A stretch of DNA of 43,879 nucleotides from Candidatus Methylomirabilota bacterium (GTDB lineage: Bacteria; Methylomirabilota; Methylomirabilia; Methylomirabilales; 2-02-FULL-66-22). The stretch is from contig JACQXP010000106.1 of the NCBI GenBank assembly GCA_016208645.1, forward strand, positions 1-43,879, in the 5' to 3' direction. A program made the translations under genes and the position numbers. Each line of letters begins with the position of its first letter. Position 1 is the stretch's first letter. Below the pieces are notes generated by a model. That model had not been told where the DNA came from and ran no database searches. It saw nothing but the letters and a program-made list of their open reading frames with translations. This document shows positions 8,542 through 17,227 of the stretch, piece by piece.

Positions 8542-9801
8542 ATGAAGCGCGTCGGCCTCATCTTCGGCAGCCGAACAGTGGAGCACGAGATCTCCGTGAC
8601 CACCGCCAGCAAGGTGTACGAGGTCCTGCGCCAGGTGCAGGCCGACTACGAGCCGGTGCTGCTCTACATCAACAAGAGCGGGGCGTGGCTCTGCGGGAAG
8701 GCCGTCTCGCGCCTGCTCACGGTCGAGGCCGAGGGCCGGACCTGCGAGGATCTGCCGCGCCGGAAGAGCTTGCAGCAGTCCTTCAAGCAGGAGCTGGAGC
8801 GCCTGGAACGCGGGACGGGATCGGGGGAGGTGGAGCAGCTCTTCCTGCCCCCGGATCCCTCCCTCGGCGGCCTCTGCGGCAATCCCGCCCGGGCAGGATG
8901 GTTCCGCCGGCAGCTCCAGGCGCGCCTGGATATCGCCTTCCCCGTGGTCCACGGCACCCACGGCGAGGACGGGACGCTCCAGGGGCTCTTCGAGCTGGCC
9001 GACCTGCCCTATGTGGGCCCGGGCGTGGCGGCATCGGCCGCGGGCATGGACAAGATCCTGTCCAAGCTGCTCTTCCGCGGGGCCGGGCTGCCGACGGTGG
9101 AGGCGACGTGGTTCACGCGGCGGCAATGGCTCACGGACGAGGCGGCCGTCTGCGCGAGGGTGGAGTCCGCCCTCGCCTACCCGGTGGTGGTCAAGCCGGC
9201 CGTGGCGGGCAGCAGCGTGGGCATCGGGAGGGCGACCAGCCGACCGGAGCTCTCGCAGGTCGTGCGCCAGGCCATGCAGTTCAGCGCGCGGCTCCTGGTG
9301 GAGCGGGCGGTGGAGGACCGGCTGGAGGTCCAGTGTGCCGTCCTGGGGAATCACGACCTCACGGTCTCCGAGTGCGAGGAGCTCTTGGGGACGGGCAGGA
9401 TCGTCAGCTTCGAGGACAAGTATCTCCGGCGGGCGGAGCGGCCGGAGGAGGCGGACCTGGCCCCGAGCCATATCCCCGCCCGCATCCCGGAGGATCTGGC
9501 GCGGCAGGTGAAGGAGTTGGCGGCCGGCGCCTTCCGGACACTGGATGCCCGGGGGATCTCGCGGGTGGATTTCCTGGTGGATCGGCCCACCCTGCGGCCG
9601 TACGTCAATGAGGTCAACACGCTGCCCGGATCCCTCTGCCTGCGCCTGTGGGAGCGGAGCGTCGTCACGCCGGTCGAGCTCATCCGCCGGCTGCTCGCGC
9701 TGGCGGTGGAGGCCCACGCGGAGAAGGCCGCCACGCGCTTCGAGTCGGAAGAGGGCCGGGCCGTGGTGGACAAGAAGCACCTGATGAGTCCCAGGAAATA
9801 G
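8542..9801 (+). CDS. ddl: D-alanine--D-alanine ligase (long form with internal insertion)
   Basis: FGSRTVEHEISV, HGTHGEDGTLQGLFEL, ATP-grasp core, EVNTLPG. About 419 aa, longer than usual. Confidence 0.9.
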   Translation: MKRVGLIFGSRTVEHEISVTTASKVYEVLRQVQADYEPVLLYINKSGAWLCGKAVSRLLTVEAEGRTCEDLPRRKSLQQSFKQELERLERGTGSGEVEQLFLPPDPSLGGLCGNPARAGWFRRQLQARLDIAFPVVHGTHGEDGTLQGLFELADLPYVGPGVAASAAGMDKILSKLLFRGAGLPTVEATWFTRRQWLTDEAAVCARVESALAYPVVVKPAVAGSSVGIGRATSRPELSQVVRQAMQFSARLLVERAVEDRLEVQCAVLGNHDLTVSECEELLGTGRIVSFEDKYLRRAERPEEADLAPSHIPARIPEDLARQVKELAAGAFRTLDARGISRVDFLVDRPTLRPYVNEVNTLPGSLCLRLWERSVVTPVELIRRLLALAVEAHAEKAATRFESEEGRAVVDKKHLMSPRK

Positions 9802-9884
9802 TTCGACGTTCAATGTGCAATGTTCAACGTTGAACCTCGAACCTCGAACCTGGAACCTTGAACGTCGAACCTCGAACGTTGAGC
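9801..9884. repeat. 7-nt-period array, inverted layout: GTTCNNN x4 then NNNGAAC x8
   Basis: Reads gttcgac gttcaat gtgcaat gttcaac | gttgaac ctcgaac ctcgaac ctggaac cttgaac gtcgaac ctcgaac gttgagc. It starts on the last nt of the ddl stop. A GGCCTCGCCGAGGCC palindrome follows (9885-9899). Confidence 0.9.
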
Positions 9885-9923
9885 GGCCTCGCCGAGGCCT
9901 GAGAGGATTCGAAAGAACGAACC

Positions 9924-11006
9924 ATGCTGTATCACCTGCTGGTCCCGCTGGCCAAGACGTTCGGGCCGTTCAACGTCTTCCGGTATGTCACGTTCCGGAC
10001 GGCCGGGGCCTTCCTCACGGCCCTGGTCGTGGCCATGATCCTGGGGCGGCCGATCATCCAGAAGCTCTCGACCATGCGCGCCCGGCAGGTGATCCGGGAC
10101 GATGGGCCCCAGACCCACCTGAAGAAGGCCGGCACGCCCACCATGGGCGGCGTCCTGATCCTGCTGGCGGTGGCCTCGGCCACGCTGCTCTGGGCGCAGC
10201 TCACCAACCGGTTCATCTGGCTGGCCCTGCTCAGCATGCTGGCCATGGGGGCGGTGGGTTTCGTGGACGACTACCTGAAGCTCAAGCGGGCCACCAGCAC
10301 GGGCCTCCGCCCGCGGCAGAAGTTCTTCTGGCAGGTCCTGATCGGCCTTCTGGTGGGGGGCTACCTGTACTTGTTTCCCACCGACCAGTTCACGACCAAG
10401 CTGGCGATTCCGTTCCTGAAGCGCTGGCTGCCGGAGCTGGGCCTCTGGTACATCCCCTTCGCCATGGTGGTCCTGGTGGGCTGTTCGAATGCAGTCAACC
10501 TGACGGATGGCCTGGACGGCCTGGCCATCGTCCCCACGCTGATGGCGGCGGCGACTTTCACCCTGTTCGCCTACGTGGCGGGCCACGCCACCATCGCCCG
10601 CTACCTCCAGGTGATCTTCGTGAAGGGGTCGAGTGAGCTGCCCATCTTCGCCGCCGCGCTGGTGGGGGCCAGCCTGGGCTTCCTCTGGTTCAACGCGCAC
10701 CCGGCCCAGGTGTTCATGGGGGACACGGGATCTTTGGCGCTGGGCGGGGCGCTGGCCACCGTCGCCCTGGTGACCAAGAACGAGCTGATCCTGGTGGTGG
10801 CCGGGGGCTGCTTCGTGGTGGAGGCCCTGTCGGTGATCGTCCAGGTGTTCTGGTTCCGGCGGACCGGCCGGCGGATCTTCCGCATGGCGCCCATCCACCA
10901 TCATTACGAGCTGAACGGTCTTCCGGAACCCAAGATCATCGTCCGGTTCTGGATCGTGTCCTTCGTGTTGCAGGTCATCGCGCTGACGACGCTCAAACTG
11001 AGGTGA
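9924..11006 (+). CDS. mraY: phospho-N-acetylmuramoyl-pentapeptide transferase MraY
   Basis: MLYHLL...FNVFRYVTFR...GTPTMGG...NAVNLTDGLDGLA...HHHYEL are canonical MraY motifs. Confidence 0.96.
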   Translation: MLYHLLVPLAKTFGPFNVFRYVTFRTAGAFLTALVVAMILGRPIIQKLSTMRARQVIRDDGPQTHLKKAGTPTMGGVLILLAVASATLLWAQLTNRFIWLALLSMLAMGAVGFVDDYLKLKRATSTGLRPRQKFFWQVLIGLLVGGYLYLFPTDQFTTKLAIPFLKRWLPELGLWYIPFAMVVLVGCSNAVNLTDGLDGLAIVPTLMAAATFTLFAYVAGHATIARYLQVIFVKGSSELPIFAAALVGASLGFLWFNAHPAQVFMGDTGSLALGGALATVALVTKNELILVVAGGCFVVEALSVIVQVFWFRRTGRRIFRMAPIHHHYELNGLPEPKIIVRFWIVSFVLQVIALTTLKLR

Positions 11007-11069
11007 GAGCGGAGAGCCGCGAGCCGAGAGGGGAGAAGGCAGAAAGCAGAAGGCAGAAGGCAGACGGAG
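11007..11069. repeat. 7-nt-period array, 9 units (GAGCCGA / GAAGGCA type)
   Basis: Reads gagcgga gagccgc gagccga gagggga gaaggca gaaagca gaaggca gaaggca gacggag. It starts 1 nt after the mraY stop and runs into MurD-homologous sequence. Confidence 0.9.
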
Positions 11070-11151
11070 CGGCTTTGCCGCCTGCAAGGTCCTGGCGGAG
11101 CGCGGGGCCGCGGTCCTGGCCACCGATCGGAACCCGGCCGAGCAGCTCCGC

Positions 11152-12399
11152 GTGGACCTGGCGGAACTCGCGCGGCGCGGCGTCCGCCTGGAGACCGGCG
11201 GGCACAGGTCGGAGAGCTTCCTGGAGACGGATCTCCTGGTCATCAGCCCGAGCGTGGACCTCCGGTTTCCCCTCCTGGAGCAGGCCGTCTCCCGGGGGAT
11301 CCCGGTGTGGAGCGAGGTGGAGCTGGCCTATCGCCTCACGTCGGCCCGCTTCCTGGCGGTCACGGGGACGAACGGGAAAAGCACGACGACGAGCCTCCTG
11401 GGCGCCATGGTCGAGGGCGCGGGGTTTCCCTCTGTGGTGGCGGGCAACATCGGCACGGCGCTGTGCGAGGTGGTGCCGGGTCTCACCCCCGCCCACTGGG
11501 TGGTGGCCGAGCTGTCCAGCTTTCAGCTCGAGACGATCGTCACGTTCCGCCCCCACGTGGCCGTGCTGCTGAACCTGGCGCCGGACCACCTGGACCGCTA
11601 TGCCGCCGCGGCGGACTACTACGCGGCCAAGGCCCGGATCTTCACCCACCAGGCATCCGAGGATGTTGCCGTCCTGAATGCGGATGATCCCCTGGTCCTG
11701 GAATACGCGCAGGGGATCCGATCCCGGGTGCTGATGTTCAGCCGGTCCCGGACGATGGGGGACGGGGCCTTCCTGCGGGGGGACCGCCTGGCCGTGCGCC
11801 GGCAGGGACGGACCGAACCGGTCTGCGCGACGTCCGCGATCCGGATCCAGGGCGTCCACAACCTCGAGAACGCGCTGGCGGCCGCGGCCGCGGCCGCCGC
11901 CATCGGGGTCCCGGCCGGGGCCATGGCGGCCGCCCTGGCGAGCTTCCCGGGCCTGCCGCACCGGCTGGAGCTGGTGGCGGAGGTGGACGGGGTCCGGTAC
12001 GTCAACGACTCCAAGGGGACCAACGTGGGGGCGGTCCTCAAGTCCCTGGAGGGATACGCGGGCGGGGTGATCCTCATCGCCGGCGGCAAGGACAAGGGCG
12101 GGGACTTCGCGCCGCTCAGGCCGCTGGTGGAGACCCGGGTGAAGACGCTGATCCTGATCGGCCAGGCCCGGGGGAAGATCCGCGCGCAGCTCCACGGCGC
12201 CTGTCCCATGGAGGAGGCGCCGTCGCTCGAGGCGGCGGTCGCGCACGCCACGGGCCTCGCAGCACCGGGGGACACGGTGCTCCTCTCCCCGGCCTGCGCC
12301 AGCTTCGACATGTTCCGGGATTTCGAGGACCGGGGCGAGGCGTTCCGGCGCGCGGTGCGGGAGGTGCAGTCTCGGAGGGATGCCGTTGGACGTCGCTGA
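11152..12399 (+). CDS. murD: UDP-MurNAc-L-Ala--D-Glu ligase MurD (5' end unresolved)
   Basis: AVTGTNGKSTTT P-loop and Mur ligase C-terminal domain. GTG 11152 is the first canonical start, but in-frame MurD-like sequence (GRRSGFAACKVLAERGAAVLATDRNP) continues upstream to about 11059 with no ATG/GTG/TTG. Confidence 0.85.
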   Translation: MDLAELARRGVRLETGGHRSESFLETDLLVISPSVDLRFPLLEQAVSRGIPVWSEVELAYRLTSARFLAVTGTNGKSTTTSLLGAMVEGAGFPSVVAGNIGTALCEVVPGLTPAHWVVAELSSFQLETIVTFRPHVAVLLNLAPDHLDRYAAAADYYAAKARIFTHQASEDVAVLNADDPLVLEYAQGIRSRVLMFSRSRTMGDGAFLRGDRLAVRRQGRTEPVCATSAIRIQGVHNLENALAAAAAAAAIGVPAGAMAAALASFPGLPHRLELVAEVDGVRYVNDSKGTNVGAVLKSLEGYAGGVILIAGGKDKGGDFAPLRPLVETRVKTLILIGQARGKIRAQLHGACPMEEAPSLEAAVAHATGLAAPGDTVLLSPACASFDMFRDFEDRGEAFRRAVREVQSRRDAVGRR

Positions 12400-13597
12400 G
12401 CGGTGGGCCGGTCCGGCCGCAAGCCCGGCCGGCGGACGGGAGGCCGGCGGGCCCGCCGGTCCCACCCGGAGCTGGAGGGCGCTCCTGCCGAGCCGGACAG
12501 CCGGGACCGACCGGGCCCCGTCCGACCGGTTCTTGCTGGTGGTGACCCTCGTCCTGGTCGGGGTGGGGATCGTGATGATCTACAGCGCCAGCGCGATCCG
12601 CGCCCAGGAGCGCTTCGGCGATCCCACTTTTTTCCTGAAGAAGCAGCTCGTCTATGCCTTCCTGGGCCTGCTGGCCATGGCGTGGGCCGTGGGGCGGGAC
12701 CTGAAGACGTTCCAGCGGCTGACCCCGATCCTGTTCCTGGGGAGCCTCCTGCTGCTGCTCCTGGTGCTGGTGCCCCACATCGGGATCCGGATCAACGGCG
12801 CCCGCCGGTGGATCCGCTTCTTCGGTCTCTCCTTCCAGCCGGCCGAACTCGGGAAGCTGGCGGTGGTCCTGTTCCTGGCCAGCTACTTTGCGAGGCGACA
12901 GGACCGCCTGGGCAGCTTCCTGGATGGATTCCTCCCGCCGCTTCTGATGACCGGGCTGGTCGCGGGACTGATCATCATCCAACCGAACTTCGGGACGGCC
13001 GGCATCCTGCTCTTCGTGGCGGGCCTGCTGTTCTTCGTCGGCGGGGCGCGGATCGGCCATCTCCTCGCCACGGCCGCCCTGGCCCTCCCCGTCCTGCTGG
13101 TGCTGGTCCTCCAATCGTCCCACGGGCGGACGCGGCTGCTGGCGCTGGTGGATCCCGCCCGGGTCTCCGCCAAGGCGACGTACCAGTTGGCCCAGTCCTT
13201 CTACGCGCTGGGACCCGGGGGGCTTCTGGGACGAGGCCTGGGCGACAGCATGCAGAAGCTCTTCTTCCTGCCGGAGCCGCACACCGACTTCATCTTCGCC
13301 ATCGTGGGCGAGGAGATGGGCTTCGTGGGAGCCATCCTGGTCCTCGTGCTGTATGCGCTGTTCCTCTGGCGCGGGACGCGGGCGGCGCTGCGGGCAGGCG
13401 ATCCGTACGCCAGCTATCTGGCCATGGGGATCACCGGGCTGGTGGTCGGCCAGGCCGCGCTCAACATGGCGGTGGTGAGCGGCCTGCTGCCCACCACGGG
13501 CGTGCCGCTGCCGTTCGTGAGCTTCGGCGGATCGTCGCTCACCCTCACGCTCTTCGGGGTGGGGGTGTTGTTGAATGTCTCGCGGCGCTCCGCGTGA
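12380..13597 (+). CDS. ftsW: peptidoglycan glycosyltransferase FtsW (SEDS family)
   Basis: Polytopic membrane protein with IVMIYSAS, QPAELGKLA, DFIFAIVGEEMGF and PFVSFGGSS. Overlaps the murD end by 20 nt. Confidence 0.9.
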   Translation: MPLDVAERWAGPAASPAGGREAGGPAGPTRSWRALLPSRTAGTDRAPSDRFLLVVTLVLVGVGIVMIYSASAIRAQERFGDPTFFLKKQLVYAFLGLLAMAWAVGRDLKTFQRLTPILFLGSLLLLLLVLVPHIGIRINGARRWIRFFGLSFQPAELGKLAVVLFLASYFARRQDRLGSFLDGFLPPLLMTGLVAGLIIIQPNFGTAGILLFVAGLLFFVGGARIGHLLATAALALPVLLVLVLQSSHGRTRLLALVDPARVSAKATYQLAQSFYALGPGGLLGRGLGDSMQKLFFLPEPHTDFIFAIVGEEMGFVGAILVLVLYALFLWRGTRAALRAGDPYASYLAMGITGLVVGQAALNMAVVSGLLPTTGVPLPFVSFGGSSLTLTLFGVGVLLNVSRRSA

Positions 13598-13607
13598 CCC
13601 GGTGCAT

Positions 13608-13712
13608 GTGGCGATGGAAAATGGAAAATGAAAAACCGACAACTGACAACGCAAAACCGAAAACGAAACTTGACCGGTTGTCCGTTGTCGGTTGTCAGTT
13701 TTGCATTGGCAG
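13608..13712. repeat. 7-nt-period array, about 15 units, inverted layout
   Basis: Reads gtggcga tggaaaa tggaaaa tgaaaaa ccgacaa ctgacaa cgcaaaa ccgaaaa cgaaact tgaccgg | ttgtccg ttgtcgg ttgtcag ttttgca ttggcag. The right-arm units are reverse complements of the left CNGACAA units. Confidence 0.9.
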
Positions 13713-13727
13713 TGGAGAGGAGGACGT

Positions 13728-14825
13728 GTGCGGGTCGTGATCACGGGCGGAGGGACGGGCGGCCACCTCTTCCCCGCGCTGGCGGTGCACGGGGCACTGA
13801 TCCGACGGCGCCCGGAGGCAGAGGTCCTCTTCGTGGGGGCGTCGGAGGGGGTCGAGGCCACCATCCTCCCGCGGCTGGGTCACGCCTTTCGTGGCCTTCC
13901 TGTCCACCAGGTCAAAGGGAGGAGATGGCGTGGTCAAATGGCAGCTCTGCTGGCGCTCCCGGCGGTGGTTCGTCAGGCGTCCGGACTTTTGCGGGAGTTT
14001 GGCGCGCAGGCGGTCCTGGGGGTGGGCGGGTATGCCTCTTTTCCGACGGTTCTGGCCGCGCGCCTGAGGCGCATTCCGACGGTGATTCACGAACAGAACG
14101 CGTACCCCGGGCTGGCGAACCGATGGCTCGGCAGGATCGCCTCGGCGGTGGCGGTCTCGTTCGAGGCGGCCGCGGGCTTCTTTCCGGCCGGGCGCGTCAG
14201 CGTGGCGGGGAATCCGGTGCGGCCCGAGATCCGGCCGGGAGATGCCGGGGAGGCGCGCCGGCGACTCGCGCTCTCGCCCGGATCCTTCACGGTCCTGATC
14301 TTCGGGGGAAGCCAGGGGGCCCATCGCGTCAACGCGGCCGCGATCGACGCGCTGTCACGGCTGGCCGCGAGCCGGGGCCGGATCCAGTTCCTGCACGCCA
14401 CGGGGGAGCGTGAGGTGTCCGAGGTGCGGCAGGCATATGAGCAGCACGGGTTCCCGGCGCGGGTGGAACCGTTCTTCCAGGATATGGCCACGGCGTATGC
14501 GGCGGCGGACTTCGTCATCGCCCGGGCGGGCGCCAGCACCATCTTCGAGCTGGCGGCCGTGGGGAAGCCCGCCCTCCTGGTGCCCTACCCCTATGCGGCC
14601 AACGATCACCAGCGGCTGAACGCCGAGGCCATGGTGAAGGCCGGGGCGGCCTGGACCGTGCCGGACCAGTACTGCGACGGCCAGCGCATCGCCGCCACCG
14701 TTGAGGCGGCCCTGGAGAAGCCGGACGTGCTCCGGCGCATGGGAGAGCAGGCCCGGGGTCTGGCGCGGCCCGATGCCGCCGACCGGATCGTGGACTTGTT
14801 GGAGCGGGTCGCTAAGGAAAGCTAA
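13728..14825 (+). CDS. murG: UDP-GlcNAc--MurNAc-pentapeptide GlcNAc transferase MurG
   Basis: [21 protein letters not shown]-terminus. GTG 13728 follows GGAGAGGAGG. The ORF-track TTG 13692 lies inside the repeat array. Confidence 0.93.
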   Translation: MRVVITGGGTGGHLFPALAVHGALIRRRPEAEVLFVGASEGVEATILPRLGHAFRGLPVHQVKGRRWRGQMAALLALPAVVRQASGLLREFGAQAVLGVGGYASFPTVLAARLRRIPTVIHEQNAYPGLANRWLGRIASAVAVSFEAAAGFFPAGRVSVAGNPVRPEIRPGDAGEARRRLALSPGSFTVLIFGGSQGAHRVNAAAIDALSRLAASRGRIQFLHATGEREVSEVRQAYEQHGFPARVEPFFQDMATAYAAADFVIARAGASTIFELAAVGKPALLVPYPYAANDHQRLNAEAMVKAGAAWTVPDQYCDGQRIAATVEAALEKPDVLRRMGEQARGLARPDAADRIVDLLERVAKES

Positions 14826-14830
14826 AGAAC

Positions 14831-14862
14831 GTTCGACGGTTCGACAGTTCGGTGGTTCTGGG
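14831..14862. repeat. 8-nt-period array GTTCGNNN x4
   Basis: Reads gttcgacg gttcgaca gttcggtg gttctggg, starting 6 nt after the murG stop. It shares the GTTCGAC core with the 9801 array. Confidence 0.8.
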
Positions 14863-14893
14863 GAGACCCGAACGCATTCAATCCGGGGTGGTC

Positions 14894-16303
14894 ATGTTCA
14901 AGCGGATCCGGCGGATTCACTTCGTGGGCATCGGCGGCGTGGGGATGAGCGGCATCGCCGAGGTCCTGCATAACCTCGGCTACTCGGTCAGCGGCTCCGA
15001 CAGCAAGGAGTCGGAGAACACGCGGCGCCTCACGTCGCTGGGGATCCCGGTGGCCATCGGCCACCGGGCCGAGAACATCGGCGGGGCCGACGTGGTGGTC
15101 CGCTCCTCGGCGGTGGCGCCGGACAACGCGGAGCTGGCGGCGGCACGCCAGCGATTGATCCCCGTGATCCAGCGGGCGGAGATGCTGGCCGAGCTGATGC
15201 GGATGAAGTACGGCGTGGCCGTGGCCGGGACCCACGGGAAGACCACCACCACCTCCATGGTGGCGGCCGTCCTGGCCCGGGGCGGGCTGGATCCCACCAT
15301 CGTCATCGGCGGGCGCCTGAACGCCCTGGGCACCAATGCCAAGCTCGGTCGAGGGGACTTCCTGGTGGCAGAGGCGGACGAGAGCGACGGCTCGTTCCTC
15401 AAGCTGTCACCCACCATCGCGGTGGTGACGACCATTGACGCGGAGCACCTGGATTACTACCGGGACCTGGCGCACATCCAGGACACCTTCGTTGAATTCA
15501 TCAACAAGGTGCCGTTCTACGGCCTGGCGGTCCTGTGCCTGGACCAGGAGAACATCCAGAGCCTGCTGCCCCGGGTGGAAAAGCGGTTCGTCACCTATGG
15601 CCTGCGGAGCCAGGCGGACTTCCTGGCCCAGGACATCTCGTTCAAGGGGATGACCTCGGACTTCCTGGTGGCCTGGAAGCGCCGGCCGCTCGGCCGCCTC
15701 CAGTTGCAGGTGCCGGGGCTCCACAACGTGTACAACGCGCTGGCGGCCACGGCCGTGGGCCTGGATCTCCAGGTCGACTTCGCCGCGATCCAGGACGCCC
15801 TGGGCGAGTTCACGGGCGTCGCGCGGCGCTTCCAGATCCTGGGAGAGCCCAACGGCATCCTGGTGGTGGACGACTACGGCCATCACCCGGCGGAGATCCA
15901 GGCCACGCTGAACGCGGCCAAGACGGGGTTCGGGCGGAACCTCATCGCCGTGTTCCAGCCGCACCGCTACACGAGGACGCAGGCCCTATTGCACGAATTC
16001 GCCACCGCCTTCTACCAGGCGGACCGGCTGTTCGTCACGGAGATCTACCCGGCCGGCGAGCGGCCGATCCCGGGCGTCCATGGGGGACAGATCGCGGACG
16101 GGGTCAAGGAGCACGGCCACAAGAGCGTCACCTACGTCCCGGAGAAGGAGGACCTGGTGGCCGCGGTGGCCGCGGTGGCCCGCCCGGGGGACATCGTCCT
16201 GACCATGGGCGCGGGGGACATCTGGAAGATCGGGGAGGAGATCGTCCGGAAATTGGCCCCCCTCACCTCCGCCTCTCCCCCAGTGGGGGAGAGGAATGGG
16301 TGA
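14894..16303 (+). CDS. murC: UDP-N-acetylmuramate--L-alanine ligase MurC
   Basis: [25 protein letters not shown] and [14 protein letters not shown] 14894 is preferred over the ORF-track 14852, which abuts the repeat. Confidence 0.95.
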   Translation: MFKRIRRIHFVGIGGVGMSGIAEVLHNLGYSVSGSDSKESENTRRLTSLGIPVAIGHRAENIGGADVVVRSSAVAPDNAELAAARQRLIPVIQRAEMLAELMRMKYGVAVAGTHGKTTTTSMVAAVLARGGLDPTIVIGGRLNALGTNAKLGRGDFLVAEADESDGSFLKLSPTIAVVTTIDAEHLDYYRDLAHIQDTFVEFINKVPFYGLAVLCLDQENIQSLLPRVEKRFVTYGLRSQADFLAQDISFKGMTSDFLVAWKRRPLGRLQLQVPGLHNVYNALAATAVGLDLQVDFAAIQDALGEFTGVARRFQILGEPNGILVVDDYGHHPAEIQATLNAAKTGFGRNLIAVFQPHRYTRTQALLHEFATAFYQADRLFVTEIYPAGERPIPGVHGGQIADGVKEHGHKSVTYVPEKEDLVAAVAAVARPGDIVLTMGAGDIWKIGEEIVRKLAPLTSASPPVGERNG

Positions 16304-16308
16304 GGGGG
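16258..16308 (+). other. 51-nt near-perfect stem-loop spanning the murC stop codon
   Basis: Outer stem CCCCCTCACC (16258-16267) pairs with GGTGAGGGGG (16299-16308). Inner stem CCTCTCCCCC (16272-16281) pairs with GGGGGAGAGG (16285-16294). 3-nt loop and a symmetric 4x4 internal loop. Confidence 0.85.
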
Positions 16309-16318
16309 TGGAGCGGGG

Positions 16319-17227
16319 ATGATCGCCACGAAGGACCTCGCGGAAGAGCTGCGCGCCACGCTCCGGGGGAACGTGCTGGCGCACGAGCCCATGGTGCGGC
16401 ACACCTCGTTCAAGATCGGAGGGCCGGCCGATCTCTTGGTCATCCCCGAGGATGTGGAGGATCTGAAGGTGGCGATGGCCTTCGCCCGATCCAAGGGGCT
16501 GCCGTCGTGGGTGCTGGGCAGCGGGAGCAACACCCTCGTCCGCGACGGGGGCATCCGGGGGATGGTGGTCCTGCCCAGCGCGTTTCAAGCGCTCGCGCGG
16601 GCGGGCAACGAGGTGACGGCCGGCGCCGGTGTCCGAGTCAGCCGGCTGCTCGCCTTCTGCAGCAAGCAGGGCCTGACCGGATTGGAGATCCTGAGCGGCG
16701 TGCCCGGTACGGTCGGCGGTGCCGTCTGGGGGAACGCCGGCGCGTGGGGCGGAGCGACGGCCGACCACCTGGCTCGCGTACAGGTGGTCACGGACACCGG
16801 AGAGGAACTGACGCTCGAGCGGGAGGCGATCCCCTTCCGCTACCGGTTCTCCGGCCTGCCCAAAGGATCGGTGATCGTCCAGGCGACCTTCGCCCTGGCC
16901 CCGGGGGACCCGGCCGCCATCCGGCAGCGGATCTCCCGGTGGCTGGTCCAGCGGAATGCCACCCAGCCCGTGGAGTTCCGATCGGCGGGCTCCATCTTCA
17001 AGAACCCGCCCCGCGACTTCGCGGGGCGGCTGGTAGAGGCGGCCGGGGTGAAGGGCACCCGGATCGGCGGCGCCATGATCTCCGAGAAACACGGGAACTT
17101 CTTCGTGAACCTGGGAGATGCCCGGGCGGCCGACGTGCTGGCACTGGTGGCGCTGGCCCGGGAGCGGGTTCGCCAAACGGCAGGGATTGATCTGGAGTTG
17201 GAGATTCGGGTCGTCGGCGAGGACTAG
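16319..17227 (+). CDS. murB: UDP-N-acetylenolpyruvoylglucosamine reductase MurB
   Basis: HTSFKIGGPADLL, GSGSNTLV and GSIFKNP motifs. FAD-binding PCMH type. Confidence 0.93.
   Translation: MIATKDLAEELRATLRGNVLAHEPMVRHTSFKIGGPADLLVIPEDVEDLKVAMAFARSKGLPSWVLGSGSNTLVRDGGIRGMVVLPSAFQALARAGNEVTAGAGVRVSRLLAFCSKQGLTGLEILSGVPGTVGGAVWGNAGAWGGATADHLARVQVVTDTGEELTLEREAIPFRYRFSGLPKGSVIVQATFALAPGDPAAIRQRISRWLVQRNATQPVEFRSAGSIFKNPPRDFAGRLVEAAGVKGTRIGGAMISEKHGNFFVNLGDARAADVLALVALARERVRQTAGIDLELEIRVVGED

Noticed and set aside
9885-9899. GGCCTCGCCGAGGCC palindrome as an intrinsic terminator after ddl
   Set aside because: There is no T-run and a very small loop, and it lies inside an operon whose downstream genes are essential. 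It is more likely part of the repeat element.
11003-11572. 189-aa ORF starting at the GTG that overlaps the mraY stop
   Set aside because: As assembled it is out of frame with murD and translates to Arg/Ser/Trp-rich noise after the repeat. It is kept only as part of the murD 5'-end hypothesis.
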